Sequence record: NC_061421.1
Length of the DNA: 64,000 bases
Direction: 5' to 3' (one strand)
Positions 9,281-18,719 of this stretch are shown here, in pieces (the stretch's first letter is position 1; each line of letters opens with the position of its first letter). The notes below the pieces were generated by a model, which saw only the letters and a program-made list of their open reading frames with translations, was not told where the DNA came from and made no database searches. The position numbers were made by a program, and so were the translations under genes.

Positions 9281-9547
9281 TTAATAGAGCCTTATTAACA
9301 TAGTGACACCGGAGGTGATTTTCACCACCCCGGCTAAGAAGGTGATGAACATCGCTCTGGCATACGTTCGGTTATACGACCAAAAGGAGAGCTGAAAAGC
9401 TAATACTCCCCACCCTAAACCCAATAGAATAATAATGACGGCAATGATCGACTGTTCCATGACGGACCAATTTCCGAGGAATCGACTGACGTTGATTCCT
9501 ATCCAGAGCCCGCCAAGAAAAGCAAGCGTTGTCAACGCCGCCAACAT
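9281..9547 (-). CDS. Membrane protein
   Basis: Three TM-like segments; start placed just after the micropeptide stop. Confidence 0.6.
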   Translation of the reverse strand: MLAALTTLAFLGGLWIGINVSRFLGNWSVMEQSIIAVIIILLGLGWGVLAFQLSFWSYNRTYARAMFITFLAGVVKITSGVTMLIRLY

Positions 9548-9551
9548 CAAT

Positions 9552-9635
9552 TTATTCTTCGTCGTCATCGTCATCCTCTTCGTCGTTAGATTGACCCAGA
9601 AATGCAAGGACGATTAAATCGAGTAAATCAGACAT
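9552..9635 (-). CDS. 27-aa acidic micropeptide MSDLLDLIVLAFLGQSNDEEDDDDDEE
   Basis: Hand translation; first ORF after the promoter motif at 9682; GGAG about 12 nt upstream. Confidence 0.5.
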   Translation of the reverse strand: MSDLLDLIVLAFLGQSNDEEDDDDDEE

Positions 9636-9681
9636 AGTGTTTTAAAGCTCCATTGTTGTTAGTTGGACTAATTCCAATAGA

Positions 9682-9689
9682 GTGATATA
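9682..9689 (-). promoter_or_regulatory. Putative early promoter motif TATATCAC
   Basis: Divergent intergenic region; context ACACCTATATCACT. Confidence 0.65.
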
Positions 9690-9770
9690 GGTGTCAAATT
9701 AATTGGATTCCTCGTTAAAAGAGATGGCAAGTTTCCTATGACTTTTGACCTATGTGATAAGGTAAATGAA

Positions 9771-12416
9771 ATGAGTGATTTCGGGAATAAGATCAGCGAA
9801 TTAAATCCGTTGAGCGCAGGAAATATGGCGGGGGAAATTCCGTTAAGTTTAACACTGTCTAGCGGTACTTTGGCAACCAATAAAATCACGTTGAGCCAAC
9901 TCAGAGATCTTTTTGACTTCGATAGCGCATACAGCAGCGTAGAAGAAGGGATCGCTGCGACGGTAGAAAACCAAATGTTCTACGTTTACGTAGACAATAA
10001 TAAATTATCGGTCAATGAATACATCCGAACTAGCATTGGTGCGAACGCAGTCATCGGTAAAAGCGGCACTAAGAAAATTATTTATATTCCTGAACTACTG
10101 AAGCACGTCAAAGTGCAAGTAGAGAGTTTTACTGCACTGCGGGAGTTTAAACCGTGGTGGGAAGGTCAGGTAGTTTATCTGAAAGGGTACTACTCGGAGA
10201 GTACATCGGGGAGTGGTGACTTCATTGGTCATTTAGGAACAGCAACGGATGACGGCGGTGTCATCGCAGCGGGGTCGGGGTATTACTGGGAACGAAATGA
10301 CAGTAAGAATGTTATAGATGCTCAATGGTTTGGCGTTACAGCCGATGGCACCAATAAAGGGACTGAAATTAGTCGTGCACTCGATTTCATCTCTGTTCGT
10401 GGTGGGGAATTAAAATTCCCTAATGGCGAAATAAACTGGGGTACGCTCAGGAAAGTTTTTAACTATTCCGCCACTTTGAAACCGTTCACTTTATCAGGTA
10501 ACGGAGACAGCACCGTTTTTACGTTTGACGACGTCCCGCCCCCTACGCTACAAACTGGCGCTAATTGGGTTAAAGAATCACCGTTAATATCTTTTATCGG
10601 AACTAGCGGCGACAAATTCATTCCGAAGGTAGCCCTGAAGAATTTCTCTATGGACTATTCGCGACAGAAGAATAAAGGCGGGACGGATTTAACTACGCTC
10701 TCTGTGACACATCCTACTCCATATTCACTCGGGGTCTGGGGAATTTATTTCTTCTATGCCGATAGTCCGACGATTGAAAACGTGACCCTAAACAATATTT
10801 ACGGTGATGGGGTCATCATTAGGAAGTCATTCGAGCCGACAGTAAGAAACTGTCAGTTTTATAATGTTTCCGCTGGGAATATTATTGCGAGAACCGATGG
10901 TAACATGGCATCGGATTCGAACGGTGGGGCTATTTTCTTTTGGGCTTGCGTTGGTGGTCTTATCGATAATGTAACTGCTTGGAACCAACGGACTTATCAA
11001 GTTCATGTTAACTCAACCGATAACGGTACGGACGTATTTAACACATTGTGCGGTTACATTGGTATCTGGACAGAGTACCCGTGGGATCAAAACATGACAG
11101 CTAGTTCGCCAGAGACCGCACCGCCAAGAATGACTTCTATAATTTCATCAAGTAATTTGACAAACAATTGGGACAACGAAGCCAAGGGATGTACTATTCG
11201 AAATTGTACTGTTTATGGATATACTATCGGGATTAAATCGGAAGGATTTAGCGAAACCAATATTGTCAACAATATGGTTCTTAATTGCTACCTTCCTATT
11301 TTCCCGGCCAGTACTCGTGCAACTGTAGCCGATAATTTTACAGATATGCTCTACTGCGACAACCGGACTTGTCCGCAAGGTGGTTATCAAAGTATCCGTG
11401 GTCATCTTGTCTGCCATAACTACAGTACCGTCGATGACGGTGCGCGCAGAGGCGTTGAGTTCAGAGGTAATAAGTGCTATTGCGTATCGTACCCTGCTTT
11501 TAGGAGTAACCGGTCAGGATCGCTCTTCGTCGGCAATATGTTCAGGTTCGCACGTGGCGCGGCTGTTGCGATCGATACGACTATTAGTACTCTTGTTAAA
11601 GGCGTCATTGTTAGAGATAACACGTTTTTCTTTGATAGTACAATCAGCAGTACCGTGACTTCTAATATTTCTTATCATGACGGGCTTGTATTCAGTGGCA
11701 ACCGATTTGTCAATAAGTCGACCTCGTTAGTTACGATCGCATTTAGAAATAATTCAAAGAATGTTAAAATAGAAAATAACTTCTTTGAGGGTTGGTTTTT
11801 TGTAGCGTTACAGTGTACGGGTATTTTCGATAAGAACACTGTAGATGTTCAAAATCAACCGATTGCTAACAGTTATCATTTAGGTAATGTTTTTCAGGCC
11901 ACGGCGAGGGCGGTAATATCAAGGAATGAATTCAGAATTAACTCTTCTGCGACTAGTTCGCAAATTGTAGTTTCTTCAGATAATAGCGTATTTGAACGTA
12001 ATATTATACATGTACAAAATACGGGAACACCGACCTTGAATGGTTTAGTTTCATCTGAGTCCAGCGGAGCAAACCAAATTTTTGAAGGTAATTTGGTTAC
12101 GCAGAACCCGTTTAATACCGCCCTGTTCTACTTGAATACCCCGCACGCACCAACGTTTATCGGAAATGTCAATAGCGGTAATCTGATTTATATTTTCGGC
12201 ACCACTATTTATTCTCCTATAACTCTCGAACGTAACAGATGCACAGGGATATTTACTGCCCTAGCAACAGAAAAAAATACAGGTGTCAATCTTTCGTCTA
12301 AAGTGACGCCCTATGTTGGAATGAAGATGTATTACATTCTCCCTAATGCTAATGGAGCAGAAGGGGAAATATATACTGCGCAAGGATGGAAAACATTTGG
12401 TAGTATTACTGCTTAA
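9771..12416 (+). CDS. Tailspike / polysaccharide depolymerase (pectin-lyase-like beta-helix)
   Basis: Anchor and neck modules, WFGVTADG, long Asn/Gly/Ser-rich beta-helix pattern, C-terminal GWKTFG; start moved to MSDFG. Confidence 0.8.
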   Translation: MSDFGNKISELNPLSAGNMAGEIPLSLTLSSGTLATNKITLSQLRDLFDFDSAYSSVEEGIAATVENQMFYVYVDNNKLSVNEYIRTSIGANAVIGKSGTKKIIYIPELLKHVKVQVESFTALREFKPWWEGQVVYLKGYYSESTSGSGDFIGHLGTATDDGGVIAAGSGYYWERNDSKNVIDAQWFGVTADGTNKGTEISRALDFISVRGGELKFPNGEINWGTLRKVFNYSATLKPFTLSGNGDSTVFTFDDVPPPTLQTGANWVKESPLISFIGTSGDKFIPKVALKNFSMDYSRQKNKGGTDLTTLSVTHPTPYSLGVWGIYFFYADSPTIENVTLNNIYGDGVIIRKSFEPTVRNCQFYNVSAGNIIARTDGNMASDSNGGAIFFWACVGGLIDNVTAWNQRTYQVHVNSTDNGTDVFNTLCGYIGIWTEYPWDQNMTASSPETAPPRMTSIISSSNLTNNWDNEAKGCTIRNCTVYGYTIGIKSEGFSETNIVNNMVLNCYLPIFPASTRATVADNFTDMLYCDNRTCPQGGYQSIRGHLVCHNYSTVDDGARRGVEFRGNKCYCVSYPAFRSNRSGSLFVGNMFRFARGAAVAIDTTISTLVKGVIVRDNTFFFDSTISSTVTSNISYHDGLVFSGNRFVNKSTSLVTIAFRNNSKNVKIENNFFEGWFFVALQCTGIFDKNTVDVQNQPIANSYHLGNVFQATARAVISRNEFRINSSATSSQIVVSSDNSVFERNIIHVQNTGTPTLNGLVSSESSGANQIFEGNLVTQNPFNTALFYLNTPHAPTFIGNVNSGNLIYIFGTTIYSPITLERNRCTGIFTALATEKNTGVNLSSKVTPYVGMKMYYILPNANGAEGEIYTAQGWKTFGSITA

Positions 12417-12419
12417 AAT

Positions 12420-12455
12420 AAATAAAGGGTGGGCCATTTGGCCCACCCTTTATTT
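12420..12455. terminator. Bidirectional terminator
   Basis: 16-bp stem AAATAAAGGGTGGGCC / GGCCCACCCTTTATTT between convergent genes. Confidence 0.85.
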
Positions 12456-12710
12456 TCTCTTTAATGCCACCACTACCAGACCCAACACCGGATCCGCAGA
12501 ATCAGTGCGTACTAACCCGTAACGAGGAAGTTCAATTACTAGTTGAGTGATACGATGTTTTTCTTGTTCACTTAACGCACTTAAATCCAAAGCGTGAAAA
12601 TCCTCTACCACCTTAACATCGTCATCGGAGTAAGGGAAAGACCATTCGAGTTTGTTCTGTTCTTTATTCCCCGGTAAATAAAGGACATGCACCTTTTTGT
12701 ATACGTTCAT
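12450..12710 (-). CDS. Hypothetical protein
   Basis: 86-aa ORF with ATGA overlap. Confidence 0.6.
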   Translation of the reverse strand: MNVYKKVHVLYLPGNKEQNKLEWSFPYSDDDVKVVEDFHALDLSALSEQEKHRITQLVIELPRYGLVRTDSADPVLGLVVVALKRK

Positions 12711-13111
12711 TCTCTTACTACCTTTTTAAACTCGGAAACAAATTCATGTTCAGGAATCGTCACTGCTTCACGTACTAACGAAACGTAAGTCCCTACCACA
12801 GACCATTGGACAGGGAAATTGTTAGTCATTACGCGGTTAAACCCTTGAAAAAGGCGTTGGGTCTTGATGCAAAAATAATAGGCGTGAGGATCAATGTCTT
12901 TAACGTCCGCTAAACGTAAATTTCTTTCTGGTCCGTACGTTAATTGATACAGGTCGTCAGGTATTGCTTTTACTTTCTTTTCCACCAAAGAAAACAAATA
13001 ATGCAACTTACAACCCCCGTCGAAATCTCCACTGCGTAAGTATAAGAAAATATCTCCAAGTGTATTATCCTTGACAAATACCGCGGGGTCATTGCGTTTA
13101 CTTTTAAACAT
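12707..13111 (-). CDS. Hypothetical protein
   Basis: 134-aa ORF with SD. Confidence 0.65.
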   Translation of the reverse strand: MFKSKRNDPAVFVKDNTLGDIFLYLRSGDFDGGCKLHYLFSLVEKKVKAIPDDLYQLTYGPERNLRLADVKDIDPHAYYFCIKTQRLFQGFNRVMTNNFPVQWSVVGTYVSLVREAVTIPEHEFVSEFKKVVRE

Positions 13112-13133
13112 ACGCCATGCTCCTTTTAATAGA

Positions 13134-13161
13134 ATGGAGAGTGGTTTTTACCACTCTCCAT
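13134..13161. terminator. Terminator hairpin after phoH
   Basis: ATGGAGAGTGGT / ACCACTCTCCAT. Confidence 0.7.
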
Positions 13162-13165
13162 ATAT

Positions 13166-13978
13166 TCATTCTGCGTAGATCGCTAAGGCAGTTTGGCAAA
13201 TCGGAGAACGTACACAATCGGCATCGGTAAAGTTAATTACCGGGATACCTAACTGTTTACGCTCTATTCGTTCAAGTAGGTCTGCTAACCCCGACTTGAC
13301 ACCTTTAGGAAGATCGCACTGTTTTAAGTCACCATTAATGATGACCGTGGAATTGTCACCGATACGCGTCAGGAAGAGACGCATCTGATTTACCGTGACG
13401 TTTTGGGCTTCGTCAAGGATAACCACAGCATCGTCGAAAGTTCGTCCGCGCAAGAAACTGAAAGGGGCTACTTCAATTTTCTCGATTTCGGGGCGAAGGC
13501 AATATTGGAGGAAACTCGCACCCATTCTCCGGCGGAGAATATCATAGACCGGTCGGAAGTAAGGAAGGAATTTCTCGTACTGTGTCCCTGGAAGGAAACC
13601 CATCTCTTCTTCCGCTGTCAGCATCGGGCGAGTCACGACGATTTTTTCGACGTTTTTCTCACTGAGTTGATCGACCGCATAAACTGTAGCTAAAAGCGTT
13701 TTCCCTGAACCTGCGGAGCCCGTAGCGATGACGATGTCTTTACTGGCAATCGCATCCATATAAAGACCTTGATTGACGTTCCTGGCTTCAATCGGCGTAC
13801 GATCCCGTTTTTCTTTTTCCATCCCGATCTTGGTAATATCCTGAGAGTTACTTCTGCCGTCGAATCGAATTAAGTCTGCACTTTCTTCGCTCGATAAGGA
13901 CCGTTGCTGGTTCAGTCTACGGCGTGATTCGCGGCGAACTTCACGGTCTAACTTAGCATTACTCTTTTGACGACTCAT
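13166..13978 (-). CDS. phoH: PhoH-family ATPase
   Basis: GSAGSGKT, VVTRP, MGFLPG, FLRGRTFDD, ILDEAQN, GDLKQCDL. Confidence 0.96.
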   Translation of the reverse strand: MSRQKSNAKLDREVRRESRRRLNQQRSLSSEESADLIRFDGRSNSQDITKIGMEKEKRDRTPIEARNVNQGLYMDAIASKDIVIATGSAGSGKTLLATVYAVDQLSEKNVEKIVVTRPMLTAEEEMGFLPGTQYEKFLPYFRPVYDILRRRMGASFLQYCLRPEIEKIEVAPFSFLRGRTFDDAVVILDEAQNVTVNQMRLFLTRIGDNSTVIINGDLKQCDLPKGVKSGLADLLERIERKQLGIPVINFTDADCVRSPICQTALAIYAE

Positions 13979-14072
13979 CAATACCACCTTAGCAGATTGT
14001 AAAGAGGCTCACCTTACCATTCCGAGGAGAGCTTTTTCAGAGAAACCCTTTTCTGATTCATAAAAACCTTAA

Positions 14073-14420
14073 CTAAGAATCTTTTCTGATCAGAGGTTTA
14101 AATCCCCAGCTAAAACCGGAGAACAATCTAATCCAAAATGGCGCATCGGGTTTGTATCGGTAAAACAATTTTATCCCCGGTAACCACCCGTAATAACGTA
14201 CGGTTTTAAACCAATTAGTCCTTACCTCTGTAAAGACAGAACTTAACCAGAAACGTATTGTTTCTTTGTGTGGTTCTAATTCAGGGCTGTCGACTAGAAG
14301 TTTGTTGAAAAAATCAGTGAAGAGTAAATTGGGATCGGAATGTGTAAACTCGAGCCGTTTATTAATCGTCGGCTGATCTTCTCCCTCGATCAAGATTTCG
14401 AGAACGTGTTTCTTATCCAT
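14073..14420 (-). CDS. Hypothetical protein
   Basis: 115-aa ORF. Confidence 0.65.
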   Translation of the reverse strand: MDKKHVLEILIEGEDQPTINKRLEFTHSDPNLLFTDFFNKLLVDSPELEPHKETIRFWLSSVFTEVRTNWFKTVRYYGWLPGIKLFYRYKPDAPFWIRLFSGFSWGFKPLIRKDS

Positions 14421-14465
14421 CGTTAGGAACCCCTCGAGGCAAAAAAAGAAAATACATAGTGAAGG

Positions 14466-14492
14466 TTTGGCTCAGGGATTCCCTGAGCCAAA
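14466..14492. terminator. Hairpin, probable terminator
   Basis: TTTGGCTCAGGG-att-CCCTGAGCCAAA. Confidence 0.65.
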
Positions 14493-14498
14493 TAACGA

Positions 14499-14867
14499 TT
14501 ACGTTTTACTGATCACGCTAAACTGTCCTGCTAGTACTCTGTTATCGTAGAGATACTTTTTAGTACGGGCATTGTAAAGACGTACTTGATAAACGTCGGT
14601 GTTAGTATAATGCTTCAAAACGAAGATGATACGGTTACCGCACTCATACGCCGCCGCAGAAAAAACTAACCCATCGTCATCAATTTCTTCCGGCAAATTG
14701 ATACCAAACTCACAGACGTACTTCTTCCCGTCAACGTACGCTACCGTTCTTTTTTCGCCGATAGTAAAGTTACTTTTATCGTCTTTAAATGAAACGGTGG
14801 TCGCCAACGCCAGAGAAGGTATCAACAGAACAATAACTGCCATAATAAATTTTTTCATCATCAACAT
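14499..14867 (-). CDS. Secreted/periplasmic protein
   Basis: Sec-type signal MKKFIMAVIVLLIPSLALA. Confidence 0.65.
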   Translation of the reverse strand: MLMMKKFIMAVIVLLIPSLALATTVSFKDDKSNFTIGEKRTVAYVDGKKYVCEFGINLPEEIDDDGLVFSAAAYECGNRIIFVLKHYTNTDVYQVRLYNARTKKYLYDNRVLAGQFSVISKT

Positions 14868-14873
14868 TCCAAA

Positions 14874-15173
14874 TTAGTGATAAGTACCAGATAACCAGTA
14901 TAGACACTCTTCTTGCTGAGCGACTTCCAGTTTCATTTTCATTTCCGTGAAGCATTTGATGTCATCACGGTGCTGAGAAACAACCGACGGGTCGAATTGT
15001 TCACCCAGTTCGACTAGCATCTCCAGCGACGCGATAGTCCGTGAGAGTAGTTCAATCGTTTTGTTCAGTAACAGCGGCCTGTCAACCAGATCGTGCTCGT
15101 CTTTAATGTTGAACAGCGCATGGTAAACGTTAGTGAGCTCAGTGAATGTCAAATCTACGTTCTGGGTTTTCAT
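14874..15173 (-). CDS. Hypothetical protein
   Basis: 99-aa ORF with GGAG SD. Confidence 0.65.
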   Translation of the reverse strand: MKTQNVDLTFTELTNVYHALFNIKDEHDLVDRPLLLNKTIELLSRTIASLEMLVELGEQFDPSVVSQHRDDIKCFTEMKMKLEVAQQEECLYWLSGTYH

Positions 15174-15224
15174 CGTGTACTCCTTTTTACGTTAAGGTGA
15201 AATTAACTAACGGTTTACGTGCTG

Positions 15225-15692
15225 TTATTTGGCGAGAATAGATTTACCTTTATATTCCAACATCAGCCCAGCTAAACCGATCCGTGTTTCCGCTTCCGTT
15301 ACCATTGCCTCTAAAGCAGACATCAGAGTCCGTTCTTTCGCTTTCAAGAATACCGGCTCGAAACCATCCGAGAATACATTATCGAGACTGATGCGTACCC
15401 AAACTTCACCGGTATCTTTCATGGCCACTTCCATTTCCCCGAAATCTTCACAGCGGTTCGGCGCCAAGTCTTTAAGAAACAGAATTGTTTTTCCGCACTC
15501 GTCTCCGACGATCCAGTTACTTTCGTCGAAATTCGTTAATTCTTCAAGGAGTTCGCCGGCATGATAAACAATGATAGCGTTAATACTTTCACGCATTTCA
15601 GTCACTGAGTCAGCGAATTTCTTTTCGCGTTCTTCACGAGTGTAGTTCAGAGAAGAGAAGACATTAGCAACAGCATCTTTGATCAGAGACAT
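15225..15692 (-). CDS. Hypothetical acidic protein, first gene of operon
   Basis: 155-aa ORF with biased codon use. Confidence 0.7.
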   Translation of the reverse strand: MSLIKDAVANVFSSLNYTREEREKKFADSVTEMRESINAIIVYHAGELLEELTNFDESNWIVGDECGKTILFLKDLAPNRCEDFGEMEVAMKDTGEVWVRISLDNVFSDGFEPVFLKAKERTLMSALEAMVTEAETRIGLAGLMLEYKGKSILAK

Positions 15693-15827
15693 GTTAGGAT
15701 TCCTTAATTGGTTTAGTTAAACGGAAAGGTCTTTCCTTTCCTTATTCACTCTGGCTATATATACTTTAAAAAAAGTGCATTTCGATTCTTATGAATTTTC
15801 AACTGACTAATAAAGGCTGAGCGCTTT

Positions 15828-17288
15828 ATGGACGTAATTATCGATGGTAAACGTTATATCCCGGAAGAACACGCTTCCCGTAAAATCGGTATCGCGATCT
15901 CCACGCGTAATCGACACGACGTACTAAAGAAAACCCTCGCTGAGCACGCCAAGTTCCTCCCCCCTAATGCGGTAATCTATATTGTCGATGATGGTTCGGA
16001 TACCCCGGTACAAGCTCCTGATTGGGCCGCTGTTCATCGTCATGAAAAAAGTGAAGGGATAGTAGCCGTTAAGAATACATCGCTTCGCCTTTTGATTGAC
16101 GCCGGCTGCGAGCATTTGTATCTGTGGGACGACGACGCCTACCCGATTGCTGATAACTGGTGGGTTCCGTATATGTTGTCACCAGAACCCCATCTCGGAT
16201 ATCAGTTTAAAGACCTAGCGGGAAAAAGAAAAATAAATGACGTTATTGAAGTGTATAATGACGGGAAACATTTTGCACTTTCAGGGCAGCGTGGAGTTAT
16301 GCTCTATTACCACAAATCGGCGATTGATAAAGTCGGTGGTTTCGATCCAATTTATCAACGAGGGATGTATGAGCACGTCGACCTTGCCCTGCGTATTCAT
16401 AACGCAGGTTTAACCACATTCCCGTTTGGTGACGTCGTCGGAAGTAACCGACTTATCCATTCCATGGACGAATACGAAGAGGTTGCGCGGTCTGTTCCGC
16501 CAGCGGATCGTCAACAGCAGGTGGAAAGAAACGTTAAGATTTATACGGCGCGCCGTAAGAGCCAGTACGCCGGTTATGCGCCTTATCGCAAAGCCCGTCG
16601 GGTAGTCGCCACCGCGCTATTAACCGCTTGTACTGACCCACAACGTCAGAATACTCACATGGCAGCAAGTAGTGCTCTACTACAGACGTGGGCAGAGAGT
16701 ATTAAAGGTGCAGAGAAGATTGTTTTTGCAGATCAGCTATCCGATATGTCTGGTGTGACAATAATCAAAGTACCAGAGGTAAGAAATCTTTCCCCGTATT
16801 TTCTCCGCTGGCTGCACATTTACCAGTGGCTGCGTGATAACCCAGATGTTACCCAAATATGGTGTACAGACGGCACCGATGTCAAAATGCTCAAAGAACC
16901 TTGGGATGAAATGGAACCGGGGAAAGTTTATGTCGGAAATGAACATACGACATACGCCAACCCTTGGTTTGACAAAGTCAATTACCAGAAGTATTTGAAA
17001 AACTTTATTACCGCCAACAAAAATGAACAGGTGGTCAACGCAGGGTTAATCGGCGGTTCCAGAGAAGACGTTATGCAACTGGCTCACGGAATGATTGCCC
17101 AAGTGTGGAAAATGAAATCCGAGATCTTCTGGCGAGAAGAACTCGCCCCTGAGTCAGTGACGGACATGGTTATGTTCGGTATCGAAGCGAAGAAGTTTGG
17201 CGATCGATTAGTGCACGGCCCTATTGTCAACACCGTTTTTAAAGGTAACGAACACGGTAAAGATATCGCTTGGTTTGCGCATAAATGA
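15828..17288 (+). CDS. Two-domain glycosyltransferase (GT2 N-terminal plus second GT-A-like domain)
   Basis: IAISTRNR...IVDDGSD, WDDD, VGGFD...YEHVD; C-terminal half WCTDGTDV...NAGLIGG. Confidence 0.85.
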   Translation: MDVIIDGKRYIPEEHASRKIGIAISTRNRHDVLKKTLAEHAKFLPPNAVIYIVDDGSDTPVQAPDWAAVHRHEKSEGIVAVKNTSLRLLIDAGCEHLYLWDDDAYPIADNWWVPYMLSPEPHLGYQFKDLAGKRKINDVIEVYNDGKHFALSGQRGVMLYYHKSAIDKVGGFDPIYQRGMYEHVDLALRIHNAGLTTFPFGDVVGSNRLIHSMDEYEEVARSVPPADRQQQVERNVKIYTARRKSQYAGYAPYRKARRVVATALLTACTDPQRQNTHMAASSALLQTWAESIKGAEKIVFADQLSDMSGVTIIKVPEVRNLSPYFLRWLHIYQWLRDNPDVTQIWCTDGTDVKMLKEPWDEMEPGKVYVGNEHTTYANPWFDKVNYQKYLKNFITANKNEQVVNAGLIGGSREDVMQLAHGMIAQVWKMKSEIFWREELAPESVTDMVMFGIEAKKFGDRLVHGPIVNTVFKGNEHGKDIAWFAHK

Positions 17289-17306
17289 TCTTAGGAGGGG
17301 TTAAGA

Positions 17307-17897
17307 ATGAAAATTGCGGTCGTTGGCCACGTTTCAAGACTCTCTGCGATCGAAAGACTTGTTTCGGCTCTTCCGTGCGAAGTCTTTATGGACAGTGTAG
17401 GGAAAGGGGCTTTACACAATCACCTGAGGGCATTACGTTGGGCGGCAGAACAAAATGAGCGTGTAGTGATCATGGAAGATGACGCCATCCCCGTTACGTC
17501 TTTTATTGAAAAAGCAGAGAAATGGTTTTCGCTATTTCCCGATCAATTTCTTTCTTTTTATTTGGGGACGAGCCGTCCACCTCAATACCAGAAGTTAATC
17601 GATCATTCCATAGAAGACTCCAAAAAGCTCAACCGTCAATTCATTTGGTTGAACCAGTTGATTCACGGTGTCTGTTACTCCCCAGTTCCCGGGACAATTC
17701 AAGATATCGTTGATAAAATCGATATGAATAAACCAGCGGACTTCGCTATAGGTTCTGCTTGGGGTAAATCTGTCTATTACCCTATCAGGTCACTTGTAGA
17801 GCACCGTGACGGTAGATCGGTAGAGAAACACACCGATGGCAGGAAAAAATCTGGTGTGCGAGTAGCGCGCTTCCTAGACGGTAATTTACAGTACTAA
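17307..17897 (+). CDS. Glycosyltransferase (GT-A, GT25-like)
   Basis: GALHNHLRAL...VVIMEDDAIP...D...SLVEH; AGGAGG SD; co-oriented with upstream GT. Confidence 0.75.
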   Translation: MKIAVVGHVSRLSAIERLVSALPCEVFMDSVGKGALHNHLRALRWAAEQNERVVIMEDDAIPVTSFIEKAEKWFSLFPDQFLSFYLGTSRPPQYQKLIDHSIEDSKKLNRQFIWLNQLIHGVCYSPVPGTIQDIVDKIDMNKPADFAIGSAWGKSVYYPIRSLVEHRDGRSVEKHTDGRKKSGVRVARFLDGNLQY

Positions 17898-17918
17898 AAT
17901 AAAAAGATCAGAGCACAA

Positions 17919-17949
17919 CTCCTCCCGTAGCAGAACGCTACGGGAGGAG
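17919..17949. terminator. Terminator between convergent operons
   Basis: 13-bp stem CTCCTCCCGTAGC / GCTACGGGAGGAG. Confidence 0.8.
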
Positions 17950-17958
17950 AGTGTTATC

Positions 17959-18393
17959 TTACTGAACTAACGTCACGCCTTCAAAGCCATCGACCGAATA
18001 CCCTCGACATTTAACGAAGGTGATGTCGTACGCAAGTTTACCCAGATTGAACAGCGCGTCGCCAAGATCAATCCGTTCAACTTCGATTGCACAACTCCCT
18101 TCAAAGAGGTAGATAGGTATACCCTTCTCGGCCACAAAGACAATCCGTTTACCGGAAAGCTCGGCGTCGGCTTTCGCCTTTTTGATCTCAGCCATCAAGT
18201 CGACCGCCTTTAGTTCCCCGTGTTCGCTGTGCAAGAAGAGGATAACGTCCTCCTTTAATTCCGGTACGACACCGGAAAGGAAAGTTTCTGCTTCAGCGCA
18301 ATCTTCCCCGATAATCGACAAAGAATGTTGAGACTTTAAAAACTGAACGAATAACTGTTTAACGGGGGTCACGCAAAACTCCTTAGCTGACAA
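17959..18393 (-). CDS. Hypothetical protein
   Basis: 144-aa ORF. Confidence 0.65.
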   Translation of the reverse strand: MSAKEFCVTPVKQLFVQFLKSQHSLSIIGEDCAEAETFLSGVVPELKEDVILFLHSEHGELKAVDLMAEIKKAKADAELSGKRIVFVAEKGIPIYLFEGSCAIEVERIDLGDALFNLGKLAYDITFVKCRGYSVDGFEGVTLVQ

Positions 18394-18571
18394 AAGCCCT
18401 GAAACAAATAAAATGTAACCAGCCGAAAACCACGGCGCAGAAAAGACAACTGGAAAATGACAGCCACTTTCTCTTCAGTCCATCCCGACAAGCAATACCT
18501 ACGCTCATCAAGACCAGGTTTCCGCTGAACATGATTAGCACCCAGAGCAGCGAGTTAAGCGCGAACGTCAT
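18383..18571 (-). CDS. Small membrane protein
   Basis: Two TM-like segments. Confidence 0.6.
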   Translation of the reverse strand: MTFALNSLLWVLIMFSGNLVLMSVGIACRDGLKRKWLSFSSCLFCAVVFGWLHFICFRAFVS

Positions 18572-18719
18572 CCTTTACTCCGGAGATAGTTTCTAACTTC
18601 CAATAGAGTTCTTTCCCTTCTCGCTTATCGGGATTAGGAAGTTTGCCCTTGCTCACGCGGATACGCACTGCAGCCTGAGAAATACCTAACATTTTAGCGA
18701 CGTCTTTGATGTTTTTCAA
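18555..18719 (-). CDS. 54-aa AlpA/excisionase-like helix-turn-helix protein
   Basis: Not in ORF track; TTG start 9 nt after AAGGA; MKNIKDVAKMLGISQAAVRIRVSKGKLPNPDKREGKELYWKLETI. Confidence 0.7.
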   Translation of the reverse strand: MKNIKDVAKMLGISQAAVRIRVSKGKLPNPDKREGKELYWKLETISGVKDDVRA

